From Bordetella parapertussis (GTDB lineage Bacteria; Pseudomonadota; Gammaproteobacteria; Burkholderiales; SG8-41): 64,000 nt of DNA. A model generated the notes under the pieces. That model was not told the DNA's origin. It was given only the letters and a program-made list of their open reading frames with translations, and did no database searches. Shown here one piece after another: positions 10,345 to 20,159 of this stretch. Numbering within the stretch: the stretch's first letter is position 1; each line of letters opens with the position of its first letter. Location of the stretch: positions 9,753-73,752 of the forward strand of contig CAMATZ010000017.1 in the NCBI GenBank assembly GCA_945861275.1, read 5' to 3'. The translations under genes were made by a program, and so were the position numbers.

Positions 10345-11361
10345 GTGAAGACCGCTTGCGCAGCAATCTTTCTTGCTCTCGTATCATTCCCGGCCCTGGG
10401 TCAGAACGTGAAAATCACGCCGGTCGGCTCCCACCCCGGAGAGCTTTGTGCGAACGATCGTGCGATCATATTCGAGGATCCGACCGGCGTTCGCTTCCTC
10501 TACGACCCGGCGCACAACATGACCGGCGGCGACGACCCGAGGCTAGGCACCATCCATCTCGTGCTGCTGAGCCACATGCACGGCGATCACGTTGGCGATC
10601 TCAAGCTGAAGGCGCCGGGCGCCGGGACGTGCGCGAACTCGGAAAGAGTGCCCGCGCCGAATTCCACGACCGCCGAAGTCGCCGCAGCGAAGAACGCAGC
10701 GCTGGTGATGACCCGTGCCATGAGCGGTTTTGTGGGTAACAAGATTCAAGGCATGCGTGGCGGCAAGCCGATAGGCTTCTGCCCTCAAACCGGTGGCGCC
10801 ACCACCGTGCCGGTCGCAACCGTGTGCAGCTCGCAAACGGATCTGGGCGGCGTTTTTGTCGCGAAGGCGGCCAACGCATCGCAAGGGGTGGAAATCACAA
10901 TCGTCTACGCCTCGCATGTGAACAACGCCCCGCCTGCGCTGCTCTCCGAGGCGCAGCGCGAAATCCTGAAGGCGGACGGCGCCGTCCTCGAATACGGCCC
11001 TGCCACGGGTTTCGTCGTCAAGTTCACCAACGGGTTGACCGCCTACCTCACGGGCGACACCGGCATCCATTCCGAAATGAAAACAGTCGTGAACGAGTTC
11101 CACAAGGCCAACCTCGCCGTACTCAATCTCGGAAACAACCCGGGAATCTTCCTTTCCGGTGCACACGCGATGAACGAGCTGGTCCGGCCCGCATCGGTGA
11201 TCATCACGCATCCCAACGAGCCCGTGACGGAAGGTGGCAAGCTGAGGCCGACTTCGCGCACCGCTGCGCTCATCAAGCAGCTCAAGCCTGCTACTCATCT
11301 CGCCATCAGCGGGCGCACCATGGAGTTCGACGGCAAGGCCAACTGCGTGGCCGGGTGCTGA
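10345..11361 (+). CDS. secreted MBL-fold metallo-hydrolase
   Basis: GTG start with signal peptide. HxHxDH motif (LLSHMHGDHVGD). Confidence 0.6.
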   Translation: MKTACAAIFLALVSFPALGQNVKITPVGSHPGELCANDRAIIFEDPTGVRFLYDPAHNMTGGDDPRLGTIHLVLLSHMHGDHVGDLKLKAPGAGTCANSERVPAPNSTTAEVAAAKNAALVMTRAMSGFVGNKIQGMRGGKPIGFCPQTGGATTVPVATVCSSQTDLGGVFVAKAANASQGVEITIVYASHVNNAPPALLSEAQREILKADGAVLEYGPATGFVVKFTNGLTAYLTGDTGIHSEMKTVVNEFHKANLAVLNLGNNPGIFLSGAHAMNELVRPASVIITHPNEPVTEGGKLRPTSRTAALIKQLKPATHLAISGRTMEFDGKANCVAGC

Positions 11362-11362
11362 G

Positions 11363-12478
11363 ATGCGCATCGCCCGCATCGAGGCATTTCAGGTGCAGTG
11401 GCGGCCAGAGGACCCGCCGTCGGCGCGCAGCGCCTTCCTGCGCGTCTGGAGCGACGACGGGCGCTGCGGCCTGGGCGAGGTCTCGCCTATGCAGGGCGGT
11501 CTCGCGTCGCTGGTGATCATCAAGCATCACATCGGTCCAGCGATCATCGGCGCCGATCCGCTCGACCACGCGGTGATCCACGACCGGCTGCTGCATCGGC
11601 TGGTCAAGCTCGGGCCGGAGGGTGCGCTGACCAGTGCGCTTGCCGGGCTCGACATCGCGCTCTGGGACCTCAAGGGCCAGCTCCTGGGGCAACCGATCTG
11701 GCGGCTGCTCGGCGGCGCATGGCGCACGGCGCTGCCCTTCTACAGCTCGATCGGCGGTAACGGCGCGGCGCGCGGCCTCGATGAGGTGCTGCGCATCGTC
11801 GAGGCGCGCATGGCCGACAAGCCGGCGGCGATCAAGATCCGTTTCGACAACGACCGCGTCGATCTCGATAGCGAGATTGCGGACCATCTCATCAAGGCGC
11901 GCGCGGTGCGCAAGCTTGTCGGCGACAGCTTCCCGCTCGCGTTCGACGCCAATAACGGCTACTCGGTGGGCGGTGCCATGCGCGTAGGGCGCGTCCTCGA
12001 GGAGCTGGGCTATTGGTGGTTCGAGGAACCGGTGCAGCACTATCATGTGCGCGCGACGGGAGAGGTCGCGCGCAAGCTTTCGATTACCGTGTCAGCGGGT
12101 GAGCAGAGCTACACGTTGGCCGCGGTGGCCGATCTGATCCTCGCGGGCGTGCGCATGGTGCAGCCGGATATCGTCAAGATGGGTGGCATCACCGGGATGC
12201 AGCGATGCGCGGCACTCGCGCAGGCGCATGGCGCAGAGTTCGTACCACATCAGACGCAGCCGACGATCGGCCATTTGGCCAGCCTGCATCTCGCCGCGAC
12301 GCTACTGCACGCGACCAAGCCGTGCGAGCTCAACGATCCGTCGCCGCGTATGCATGCCGTGTTTACCAATCCACCCAAGCCGGTGAACGGCCTGTTCCAC
12401 TTGCCCACGGCGCCAGGCCTCGGCCTGGTTATCGATGAGGCGGCGTTGGCGAAGCGCAGGGTAGAGCTGCCCGAGTAA
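11363..12478 (+). CDS. enolase-superfamily enzyme (mandelate racemase/muconate-lactonizing enzyme family)
   Basis: GLDIALWDLKG, DANNGY, EEP and DIVKMGGIT motifs. Stop/start junction TGAGATG with the upstream gene. Confidence 0.75.
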   Translation: MRIARIEAFQVQWRPEDPPSARSAFLRVWSDDGRCGLGEVSPMQGGLASLVIIKHHIGPAIIGADPLDHAVIHDRLLHRLVKLGPEGALTSALAGLDIALWDLKGQLLGQPIWRLLGGAWRTALPFYSSIGGNGAARGLDEVLRIVEARMADKPAAIKIRFDNDRVDLDSEIADHLIKARAVRKLVGDSFPLAFDANNGYSVGGAMRVGRVLEELGYWWFEEPVQHYHVRATGEVARKLSITVSAGEQSYTLAAVADLILAGVRMVQPDIVKMGGITGMQRCAALAQAHGAEFVPHQTQPTIGHLASLHLAATLLHATKPCELNDPSPRMHAVFTNPPKPVNGLFHLPTAPGLGLVIDEAALAKRRVELPE

Positions 12479-12500
12479 CTTCATCACCTCGTGAAGCGAG

Positions 12501-13487
12501 CTACGGCGCCGGCTTCGCGAACGCTCCGATCTCGCTGAAGAACACCTTGTACTTATCCACGCGCTGATAGAGGAACTTCAAGTACTCTGGACTGGCGAGG
12601 TAGCGGTCCTCGTAGTAGTACTTCCTCGCATGATCCTTCCACTGCTGCGTCTCGTACGCGCGCTTGAGCACGTTTTCCATCATCGTCGCGGTCTCCTTCG
12701 GCACCCCGGCCGGGAAGACGAAGCCGCGGATGGTTCCCTCATCGATCTTGTACCCCGCTTCAGTTGCAGTGGGGATATCCGGAAACTGCGGCATGCGCTT
12801 CAGCGAGGTAATGGCAAGCGTGCGCAGCTTTTTCGTTTCGAGCAGGGCCAGGGCTTCGCTCAGGTTCTCGGTGGTGAAATGCGTATGTCCCCCCGCGACC
12901 GACAGCACCGCTTCCCCGCCGCCCTTGAACGTGACGAACTTGAACTTCGCGCCCGGCGCAAGCTTTTCCAACTCGTGAATGACTATGCGCCCCGAGCCCA
13001 GCGGGTTGGTGATGGCGCAGACGATGGTGTCGGGCGCCTTCCGCGCCGCTTCCGCGAGGTCCCTCAGCGTCTTGTAGGGCGTATCTGCGTTTACCATGAC
13101 GGCCTGGGGATCGACGGCGAACAGCGCGAGCGGCGTGTAGTTCTCGAGCCCGATGTTGACGTCGGGCCGCGCCGCCATGATGGCGACGGTGCCGGTGGCG
13201 GCGAGCATCACATAGGGATCGCCGCGCTTGGTCTGGAAGTAGTTGTATGCAATGAGGCTCCCGCCGCCCGGCCGATTCTGTACTACGAACAGTTGAGGCA
13301 GTAGTTTCTCGCGCCGGACGATTTCGGCGAGCGCGCGGGCATAGATATCGGTCCCGCTGCCGGCCGAAGTCGGCGAAACCAGTTCGATCGGACGCGTCGG
13401 GTACGGCTGGCCATTTGCCGTTCCGCATACGCTTGTGGCGAGCGCACCGCCCACCAAAAATGCGAGCACACCGGGGGAATTCGTCAT
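12501..13487 (-). CDS. Bug/TctC-family substrate-binding protein
   Basis: Signal peptide MTNSPGVLAFLVGGALA, then YPTRPIELV and the Bug C-terminal motifs. Confidence 0.75.
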   Translation of the reverse strand: MTNSPGVLAFLVGGALATSVCGTANGQPYPTRPIELVSPTSAGSGTDIYARALAEIVRREKLLPQLFVVQNRPGGGSLIAYNYFQTKRGDPYVMLAATGTVAIMAARPDVNIGLENYTPLALFAVDPQAVMVNADTPYKTLRDLAEAARKAPDTIVCAITNPLGSGRIVIHELEKLAPGAKFKFVTFKGGGEAVLSVAGGHTHFTTENLSEALALLETKKLRTLAITSLKRMPQFPDIPTATEAGYKIDEGTIRGFVFPAGVPKETATMMENVLKRAYETQQWKDHARKYYYEDRYLASPEYLKFLYQRVDKYKVFFSEIGAFAKPAP

Positions 13488-13599
13488 GCGGGTCTTCTCC
13501 ATTCAAGTTGTGTTCATTTTGCGATAACAAGTATTAGATTACCATTTCTGCCACCGTCCGGCAGTTCGGAATCCGACACTCGGACTCCGATCCCGATAG

Positions 13600-13850
13600 T
13601 GCCGGCCGCAGGCGGCACGTAATGTAAAGATTGCCGGAGCAGACCTCGCTGCGGTTTTCGAGGACCTGTTAGACCATAATGGCTGGCAGGTGGCGTGGCG
13701 CAACGGTATTTACCCTATTCATCATTTTCACTGCGTGAACCGCACGGGGCAAGTGGTGCTCAAGCTCAAAACACCGTATCGCAACGGCGCCACCCACATT
13801 GTGATGTCGCCGATGGAGTTCATGCAGCGGCGGCTCGGGTTGCGCTGGTG
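13600..13850 (+). pseudogene. IS91-family (rolling-circle, Y2) transposase C-terminal remnant, truncated at both ends
   Basis: The translated frame ...QVVLKLKTPYRNGATHIVMSPMEFMQRRLGLRW* resembles the conserved WKDYRDG...V.T.D..EFIRRF block of IS91/ISCR transposases as I remember them. No HUH or N-terminal domain is present. Stops lie on both sides. Confidence 0.35.
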
Positions 13851-13875
13851 AAAAGGTGTCGATGGCCCGGACATT

Positions 13876-14016
13876 AGCCGCTGCGCAATGATTCGCGGGT
13901 CAAGATTTTGAGGAAAACAGCGGCGCTCGGCGAAAATTCACGCGATTGACTGTGCCTCCGTCGCGGGATAGATTGCCGGTTGATGAAAAATGCTGTTTGA
14001 AAACCCTATACCCGAT
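13876..14016 (+). repeat. ~140-bp intergenic repeat, copy B, with the same embedded promoter-like element as copy A
   Basis: Aligns to 9008-9150 over the full length. Begins 26 bp after the transposase-remnant stop. Confidence 0.6.
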
Positions 14017-14031
14017 CACACGGATCAGATC

Positions 14032-14313
14032 ATGTACTCCAACAAGGGCCTGCCGCATGTGTATCTGCCGGATCACACGGTAAACAGGGTGTTCCTGCTA
14101 AGCGGCACACCCGGTGATTGGGCGTTGGGTGAATTCTGGAGGGCGATCGCGAACGAAACACGCGCGCGGCCCGATCATCTGGTGACCGGCAAGCCGTGCG
14201 TGCTGGCGACACCGCGCGAAGCGCGCGCCACGCTGGAGGCGACACTGGCGATCGAGTTGTCGGTGAAAAGCGTTCCGCCAGTGCGGCTGTCTCTGGCGGG
14301 TTATTGTGTTTAA
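14032..14313 (+). CDS. hypothetical small protein (93 aa). The reading frame starts at the 3' edge of repeat copy B
   Basis: ORF only. No recognizable domain and no clear RBS. Confidence 0.25.
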   Translation: MYSNKGLPHVYLPDHTVNRVFLLSGTPGDWALGEFWRAIANETRARPDHLVTGKPCVLATPREARATLEATLAIELSVKSVPPVRLSLAGYCV

Positions 14314-15274
14314 AATATCAATAAAAACAATAAGTTATGTAACTTCCGCGCTGACGCTTTGTTCGGTGGCGCAAGCCTATCCCACCAAACCCATCCGCAT
14401 GATCGTAGGCTACCCGCCCGGCGGCGGCACCGACATCGTGGCGCGTGTGATGGCGCAGAAACTCACGGAGAATTTCGGTCACACGGTGGTTGTCGATAAT
14501 CGCGGTGGCGCCACCGGCAACATCGGCACAGAAATCGCCGCGCGCGCGACGCCCGACGGCTACACGATCTTGATGGGCAATGTTGCGCCGAATGCGATCA
14601 ATGTCAGTTTGTTCAAGACGATACCGTTTGATCCGGTGAAGGATTTCGCGCCCATCAGTTTGGTGGCGCTAACGCCGAATATCCTGGTGGTGCATCCGTC
14701 GTTGCCGGCGAAAAGTGTCAAAGATCTGATCGTGCTGGCGAAGGCCAAACCCGGTACGTTCAATTATGCCTCGGCGGGCATCGGCAGTTCATCGCATCTG
14801 GCGGGCGCGCTGTTCGGCATCCTCACAGGCACGAACATCGTGCATGTGCCGTACAAAGGCGGCGGGCCGGCGATGGTCGATGTGCTGTCGGGGCAGATAC
14901 AACTTTATTTTGCCACCATGCCCGCGGCGATGCCGCATGTTAAATCCGGCAAGCTGCGTCCGGTGGCGGTCACCACTGAGAAACGTTCGCAGACGCTGCC
15001 GGAGTTTCCCACCATCGCCGAGTCCGGCGTCACCGGCTACGAAGCGGCAACCTGGTACGCGTTACTCGCACCGGTGCAAGTGCCACGCGCGATCATCACG
15101 CGTTTGCATGGCGAGGTGGTAAAAATACTGGCGGCGCCGGACCTGCGCGACAAACTCAAGAGTCAGGGCTTCGAGCCGGTGGGCAACACGCCGGATCAAT
15201 TCGCGGCCTACATCAAATCCGAAATCGCCAAGTGGGGCAAGGTGATACGCGACGCGGGGATCCGGGCGGAGTGA
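14306..15274 (+). CDS. Bug/TctC-family substrate-binding protein
   Basis: GTG start, signal peptide ...CSVAQA, then YPTKPIRMIVGYPPGGGTD, YKGGGPA and PEFPTIAESGVTGYE motifs. Confidence 0.7.
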   Translation: MFKISIKTISYVTSALTLCSVAQAYPTKPIRMIVGYPPGGGTDIVARVMAQKLTENFGHTVVVDNRGGATGNIGTEIAARATPDGYTILMGNVAPNAINVSLFKTIPFDPVKDFAPISLVALTPNILVVHPSLPAKSVKDLIVLAKAKPGTFNYASAGIGSSSHLAGALFGILTGTNIVHVPYKGGGPAMVDVLSGQIQLYFATMPAAMPHVKSGKLRPVAVTTEKRSQTLPEFPTIAESGVTGYEAATWYALLAPVQVPRAIITRLHGEVVKILAAPDLRDKLKSQGFEPVGNTPDQFAAYIKSEIAKWGKVIRDAGIRAE

Positions 15275-15557
15275 CGGCATGGAGGTTTGTTACTGCCCTT
15301 TAACGAAAGGTAGCGGAGCAGGGCAACTGTTTGCTGCTGCATCATGGTGCCAAGGGTACCGGCGTCGAATTATTTCTCCAGCACGCATGCTGAAAGCTTG
15401 AACTGCGAGGATGACCTTATGCCTCGCCACTCATGCCTGAACCTCAAAAACGATTTCACTCCGGTAATGAGGTTCGGATTGCGCACCCCAGTGGCGCGAC
15501 GCCTGTGAGAGTCTGCGACTACAAGCAGGTCAACCACGTCAGATTCATCACCGGCTG

Positions 15558-16538
15558 TCACGGCGCTTTCAACCCCGCCGCCCGCGCCACTTCATCAAAC
15601 GTTACCAGCATTTCGCGCAGTATCTTGTCGAACTCCTCCGGCGTGGTCGGTGCGGGGGTAAAGTCTATCGCTGCCATCTGCTTTTTAATGTCGGGCATGT
15701 CGAGCACGCGTGCGACATCCTTGCTGATCTTGTTCACGATATGGCGCGGCGTTTTCGCGGGCACCAACAACGCATGTGAGGCATCACGGCGGAAGCTGGG
15801 CAGAATCTCCAGCACAGTGGGAACATCCGGCAACAAGAGCGAGCGTTTCGGCGTCACCACCGCCAGTGCCAGCAGCCGACCGTCCCGGATCATACCTAGC
15901 GCGGGGCCCAAGCCGGGAATGCCGAATTGTATGCGCCCGGAGAGAATCTCGATCAGCATTTCCGATTGACCCTTGAACGCGACATGCGTGCCCGTTATTC
16001 CGGCGGACATGCGAAACCGCTCGGTGGTCATGTGAGTGCCGCTACCGGCGCCGGCTGAACCGTACAGAATCTTGCCGGGCCGCTCATGCGCGAGCGCAAT
16101 CAACTCTTTGACCGACTTGACACCCAGTGACGGCGCAACCACCAATGCGCTGGTTGAATAGCCGATCTGCGTCACGCTGGTGAAGTCGTGCAGCGGGTCG
16201 TATCCCGCATTGGATCGCAGCACGGCGTTGATGGCAAACGACGCCGATGTGAGCAGGATGGTGTACCCGTCAGGTGTGGCTTGAGCCGCTATCACCGTGG
16301 CTATCGAACCGCCGGCGCCGGTGCGATTTTCCAGTACCACAGGCTGTCCCCACAGTTCCGCGAGTTTGGGTGCCAGCAAACGCGCCGAGATATCCAGCGG
16401 GCCGCCGACGGAAAAGCCGTTGAGGATACGCACCGGTCGCGCGGGCCAGGCCTGAGCGGCGCCTGACGACGCGGTTTGCGCGCTTGCGATCGGCGCCAGA
16501 CCCGCAACCAGCAACAAATACAAAACCCGTGTCATCAT
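15558..16538 (-). CDS. Bug/TctC-family substrate-binding protein
   Basis: Signal peptide, then WPARPVRILNGFSVGGPLD, FKGQSE and PDVPT motifs. Confidence 0.75.
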   Translation of the reverse strand: MMTRVLYLLLVAGLAPIASAQTASSGAAQAWPARPVRILNGFSVGGPLDISARLLAPKLAELWGQPVVLENRTGAGGSIATVIAAQATPDGYTILLTSASFAINAVLRSNAGYDPLHDFTSVTQIGYSTSALVVAPSLGVKSVKELIALAHERPGKILYGSAGAGSGTHMTTERFRMSAGITGTHVAFKGQSEMLIEILSGRIQFGIPGLGPALGMIRDGRLLALAVVTPKRSLLLPDVPTVLEILPSFRRDASHALLVPAKTPRHIVNKISKDVARVLDMPDIKKQMAAIDFTPAPTTPEEFDKILREMLVTFDEVARAAGLKAP

Positions 16539-16715
16539 AGGTCCCCCGTGTCGTCTCCGGAAACTCCGGCGGCTCGCGGATTAGTTTAGGCTGATCGGCG
16601 TGCGTGTCAATTTTCAAAAAAAAGTAGCGCGCACCGGGTAAAGCAGCGAAGCGCCTTGTTTATTGCCTAACCTGCCTTACGCAACTCGTAACGGGTCGTT
16701 GACCGTTCGCCTGGT

Positions 16716-16770
16716 GAGGGATAAATTGCTGTTTGATGAAAGGGAGTATTTCAAAACCCTATCGCCAACG
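16716..16770 (+). repeat. partial third copy of the promoter/leader part of the ~140-bp repeat (TTGACC-N16-GATAAATTGCTGTTTGA...AAAACCCTAT)
   Basis: Matches the 3' ~50 bp of copies A and B. Lies immediately upstream of the pilin-like gene. Confidence 0.4.
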
Positions 16771-16813
16771 TGACGTGTTGTATAAACCTCATTGCTTACT
16801 CAAGGAGGAGACG

Positions 16814-17524
16814 GTGCGTAAGCAAACTGGTTTTACCTTGATTGAGATCGCGATCGTGCTCGTGATCATCGGTCTGCTGCTCGGCGGCGTGCTGATGGGC
16901 CAGGAACTGATCCAGGGGGCGCGGGTGCGTAACCTCGCTTCGACGCAAGACGGGATCAAGGCGGCATTTTTCGGCTTTCAGGATCGTTTCCGCGCTCTGC
17001 CTGGTGATTATTCGGGTGCGCTGGCCGTAACCAACATCCCCGGCATGGTTGCGAACGGCAGCTGTACTGGCGCCGTAAACGGCGGCGGCAACGGCGACGG
17101 CCAGATTGCATTAGCGGGTGAATCAATCATCGCGTGGGAACATCTGTCGCGGGCGGGCTTCCTCACCGGCGCATATGTTTGCGCGGGCGCCTCGCCCGAC
17201 ACAAGCAATACGCCGACCAATGTTTACAATGTCAGGATGAAGCTCATTCATGACGGTGTCTACGGCATAGCAAGCGGCGGAAGCGCACGTCACAACCTGA
17301 AGACCGGCGGCGCGATTCCGGTGGCGCTCGTCGCCGAACTCGACCGCAAGATCGACGACGGAATGCCTTATACCGGCAGCTTCCGGTTTTCGGCCTTCGG
17401 GGGCGGAGTTACTGCGCCCACTGAAAACAATGCCATCACTGGCTGCACCACCGGCACTACCACTGCTGGCACCTGGAATGGTGGCAACGGCGTCACCAAC
17501 TGCGGCGGCGCCAGCCTGCTTTGA
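16814..17524 (+). CDS. prepilin-type N-terminal cleavage/methylation domain protein (type IV pilin/pseudopilin-like), Gly-rich C-terminus
   Basis: AAGGAGG RBS, GTG start. Leader VRKQTG|FTLIEIAIVLVIIGLL is a classic class III signal. No adjacent pilus assembly genes. Confidence 0.6.
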   Translation: MRKQTGFTLIEIAIVLVIIGLLLGGVLMGQELIQGARVRNLASTQDGIKAAFFGFQDRFRALPGDYSGALAVTNIPGMVANGSCTGAVNGGGNGDGQIALAGESIIAWEHLSRAGFLTGAYVCAGASPDTSNTPTNVYNVRMKLIHDGVYGIASGGSARHNLKTGGAIPVALVAELDRKIDDGMPYTGSFRFSAFGGGVTAPTENNAITGCTTGTTTAGTWNGGNGVTNCGGASLL

Positions 17525-17802
17525 AATTACTATGCCTTTCCCGTCTAACGTGTCGCCGGGAAGTGATATTTTCACGGTGGGCATGTCCGTTGTGCCCGCC
17601 CTGCCGCAGCAGCAGTTACGCCGGTACTTGCGAAACCTGCTGCTGGCGCAATATTTCGGAGGCGAACGATTCCAGACATTGAGGCGTTTGCCGCTGAAAT
17701 AGCGGGCCCGCCCCGGTTCACTGTGAAGTTACTGACGCGCTTGGGTTATATGACTGAAGGCGGGTACGGCGCAGTGTTTACAAGGGCCGTAGCGTGCCCA
17801 CG

Positions 17803-19332
17803 TCAGGCGACGTGATGTCTCTGGCGCAGAATCTGCGCAGCTTGCGCCAGCACCGCCAGCTTGGCTTCGGCGGTTCGGTCCGAGTTTAGCGGATTGTCCG
17901 CAAAAGTAGCAAAACCGCAATCCGGTGTTATCAGCAGGCGCTCGGCTCCGAACAATCCGATCGCACGTTCAACGTGTGCCACGACTGAATCTACTGTTTC
18001 CACGTGCGCATGCTTTTGGTTGCAGGCGCCCACGCCGATGCGCATATCATCCGGTAACACTGCGAGGATTTCCATTTCCCCGGCGCGCGGCGTGCAAAGT
18101 TCCAGCAGCAACGTCCCCACCTGCAATTGCCCCAAGGTGTCTACCAGCGGGCGATAATCGCCCGATAGCGCCTTGCTTTCGTCCGCTGTCCAATTGCCCC
18201 GGCACATGTGCAGCGCGATGCGTTCACGCGGGAACCCTGCGGTGACCGCATTGATAAGGTCCCGCGCGAAAGCCAATTCCACCGGGCCTTCACTTTTAGC
18301 GGACAACGCGCCGCACATGAAACTGCGTTGATTAGCCGGTCCGCTAAACACGATTTCGGATAGCACCGGCTCGTCGAGCTGCACCAGTGCGGCGCCCGCA
18401 GCGAGCAGACAGGCGATCTCCTCGCGCAGCACCCGTATGATATCGCGCGCGAGATCCTCGCGGTTGGCGTAGGCGCGATCGGAAATACATTCCATCCACA
18501 TCGTGCGGGTCAGCAAGTAGGGTCCAGGTAATGCCACCTTGACCGGGAGATCAGTTAGCGTTCGCACAAATTCGACCTCATGGACGGCGATGCCGCGACT
18601 GCGCCCCAACGGCCCAAACACAGCCGGGTGGCGCACGTCTCCCGCTGGCACGTCGAGCGCACGCAATTCGCGTTCGAATTCCTCGGGATCGTCCACCAGA
18701 GGCAGTAAATCCGTTAACGGGATCAACTGGCAGTTGTCCAGGCGCGACGCGACAAAGCTTGAATAACTGTCGCGACGCTGCTCGCCGTCAGTCACCACGT
18801 CGGCGCCGGCGCGCAGTTGTGCGTTGATCGCCAGTCGCACTGCGTCATCGGCGGTAGACTGGAAAGCGGCTTCGTCGAGCCGCCCCTCCATGTGTTCATG
18901 CACCGCTTGCAACATCCAGCGCGGACGCGGCCAACTGCCAATACCCATTACCGAAAGCGGACGGACTGGGGGCGCTGGCGCGGGCCGCGGAAATTCGAGG
19001 AGTGGTTTGACAACGACAAGTTCGACACCGGGGTTGACGGTGCGCGCCGGTGTAGCGCCGGCTTTGCGTTCGGAATACTTGCCCTTGGCCACCAGGAAGC
19101 TACGCTGCCTGTCATGCTTGATAAACGAGAGCAGTTCGTTGCCTGTCATTCGACACCATGCGGGCAAATCTTCGTCAACGGAAATTTCCGTTGAGCGGAT
19201 TTCCAGCAAGCCTTCGCGCTCGAGCGGGTCGATGTGTTTACGGATGAGTAGCAGCAAGCCGTTGCCGCAATCCAGGTCGCCGCCGTCAAAGCTCACGTCG
19301 GGCAGATGGGGGTGTTGTGCAGGCTGTGTCAT
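17803..19332 (-). CDS. fusion protein: N-terminal TusA-like domain (CGNG instead of CPxP) plus cobalamin-independent methionine synthase (MetE) C-terminal-like catalytic domain
   Basis: GAGGAG RBS. N-terminal D.GDLDCGNG...DLPAWCRMTGNELL matches the TusA fold signature. Residues ~120-509 resemble the MetE C-terminal / UroD-like domain. Confidence 0.6.
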   Translation of the reverse strand: MTQPAQHPHLPDVSFDGGDLDCGNGLLLLIRKHIDPLEREGLLEIRSTEISVDEDLPAWCRMTGNELLSFIKHDRQRSFLVAKGKYSERKAGATPARTVNPGVELVVVKPLLEFPRPAPAPPVRPLSVMGIGSWPRPRWMLQAVHEHMEGRLDEAAFQSTADDAVRLAINAQLRAGADVVTDGEQRRDSYSSFVASRLDNCQLIPLTDLLPLVDDPEEFERELRALDVPAGDVRHPAVFGPLGRSRGIAVHEVEFVRTLTDLPVKVALPGPYLLTRTMWMECISDRAYANREDLARDIIRVLREEIACLLAAGAALVQLDEPVLSEIVFSGPANQRSFMCGALSAKSEGPVELAFARDLINAVTAGFPRERIALHMCRGNWTADESKALSGDYRPLVDTLGQLQVGTLLLELCTPRAGEMEILAVLPDDMRIGVGACNQKHAHVETVDSVVAHVERAIGLFGAERLLITPDCGFATFADNPLNSDRTAEAKLAVLAQAAQILRQRHHVA

Positions 19333-19361
19333 GTCTTTCTCCTCGTTTGCTGGCGATGGCT

Positions 19362-20159
19362 TTACGCGTATTCAATTTCTGGAGGCGATTGCCCGGGCGA
19401 CTCCACCCCCGCGATTTCGCTTCCATACACTTCATGCAGGTCGCGATCAGTGAAGCCGGCCACAGGCATATCCACAACAATACGGCCACTCTTCAGCCCG
19501 ACCACTCGATCCGCGTAATGCCGCGCGAAATGCGGTTGATGCAGACTGCAAATCACCGCTACGCCCTCAGCGTCTGCATGACAAATCGAACGCAACAATT
19601 CCAGAATGCCAGCGCCTATGCGAGGGTCGAGGCTTGCCACGGGCTCGTCGGCGATGATAACGTCAGGCTGTTGTGCCAGCGCGCGCGCAATCGCTACGCG
19701 TTGCTGCTGTCCGCCCGATAAGGTATCAGCCCGCTGCGCGGCCTGCGTCAGCAGGCCGACACGCTCCAGGCATTCCAGCGCCAGCAGCAAATCGGCGCGC
19801 GTAAAACGCCGCAGCCAGCCGCGCCAGGCCGCCGTGTAACCCAGCCGGCCTGCCAGCACGTTTTCAAGTGCGGTCAGCCGGCTGACCAGGTTGAACTGCT
19901 GGAACACCACCGCGATATGGCGGCGCTGACGGCCTTTGAAGGCGGCCACGTCAAGTCCGTTCAGGTGCGAAGAGCCTGCGTCCATCGGCGTCAGACCCGC
20001 AAGACAACGGAACAACGTGGACTTGCCGGCGCCGCTCGGCCCTAGCACCGCCAAGAATTCGCCACGTTGTACGCGAAAACTCACACCTTCGATCGCGGGC
20101 CGGCCGCTGAATGCCTTACCTGCACCACGTACCTCGAAGAGGGCTGGTGTACTGGTCAT
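19362..20159 (-). CDS. phnC: phosphonate-type ABC transporter ATP-binding protein (PhnC family)
   Basis: Walker A GPSGAGKST, LSGGQQQRVAIARAL signature, PhnC-like overall. Overlaps phnE by 4 nt. Confidence 0.75.
   Translation of the reverse strand: MTSTPALFEVRGAGKAFSGRPAIEGVSFRVQRGEFLAVLGPSGAGKSTLFRCLAGLTPMDAGSSHLNGLDVAAFKGRQRRHIAVVFQQFNLVSRLTALENVLAGRLGYTAAWRGWLRRFTRADLLLALECLERVGLLTQAAQRADTLSGGQQQRVAIARALAQQPDVIIADEPVASLDPRIGAGILELLRSICHADAEGVAVICSLHQPHFARHYADRVVGLKSGRIVVDMPVAGFTDRDLHEVYGSEIAGVESPGQSPPEIEYA

Noticed and set aside
13695-13877. 60-aa ORF (GTG start)
   Set aside because: Out of frame with the transposase-like frame. No RBS. Lies entirely within the IS91 remnant region.
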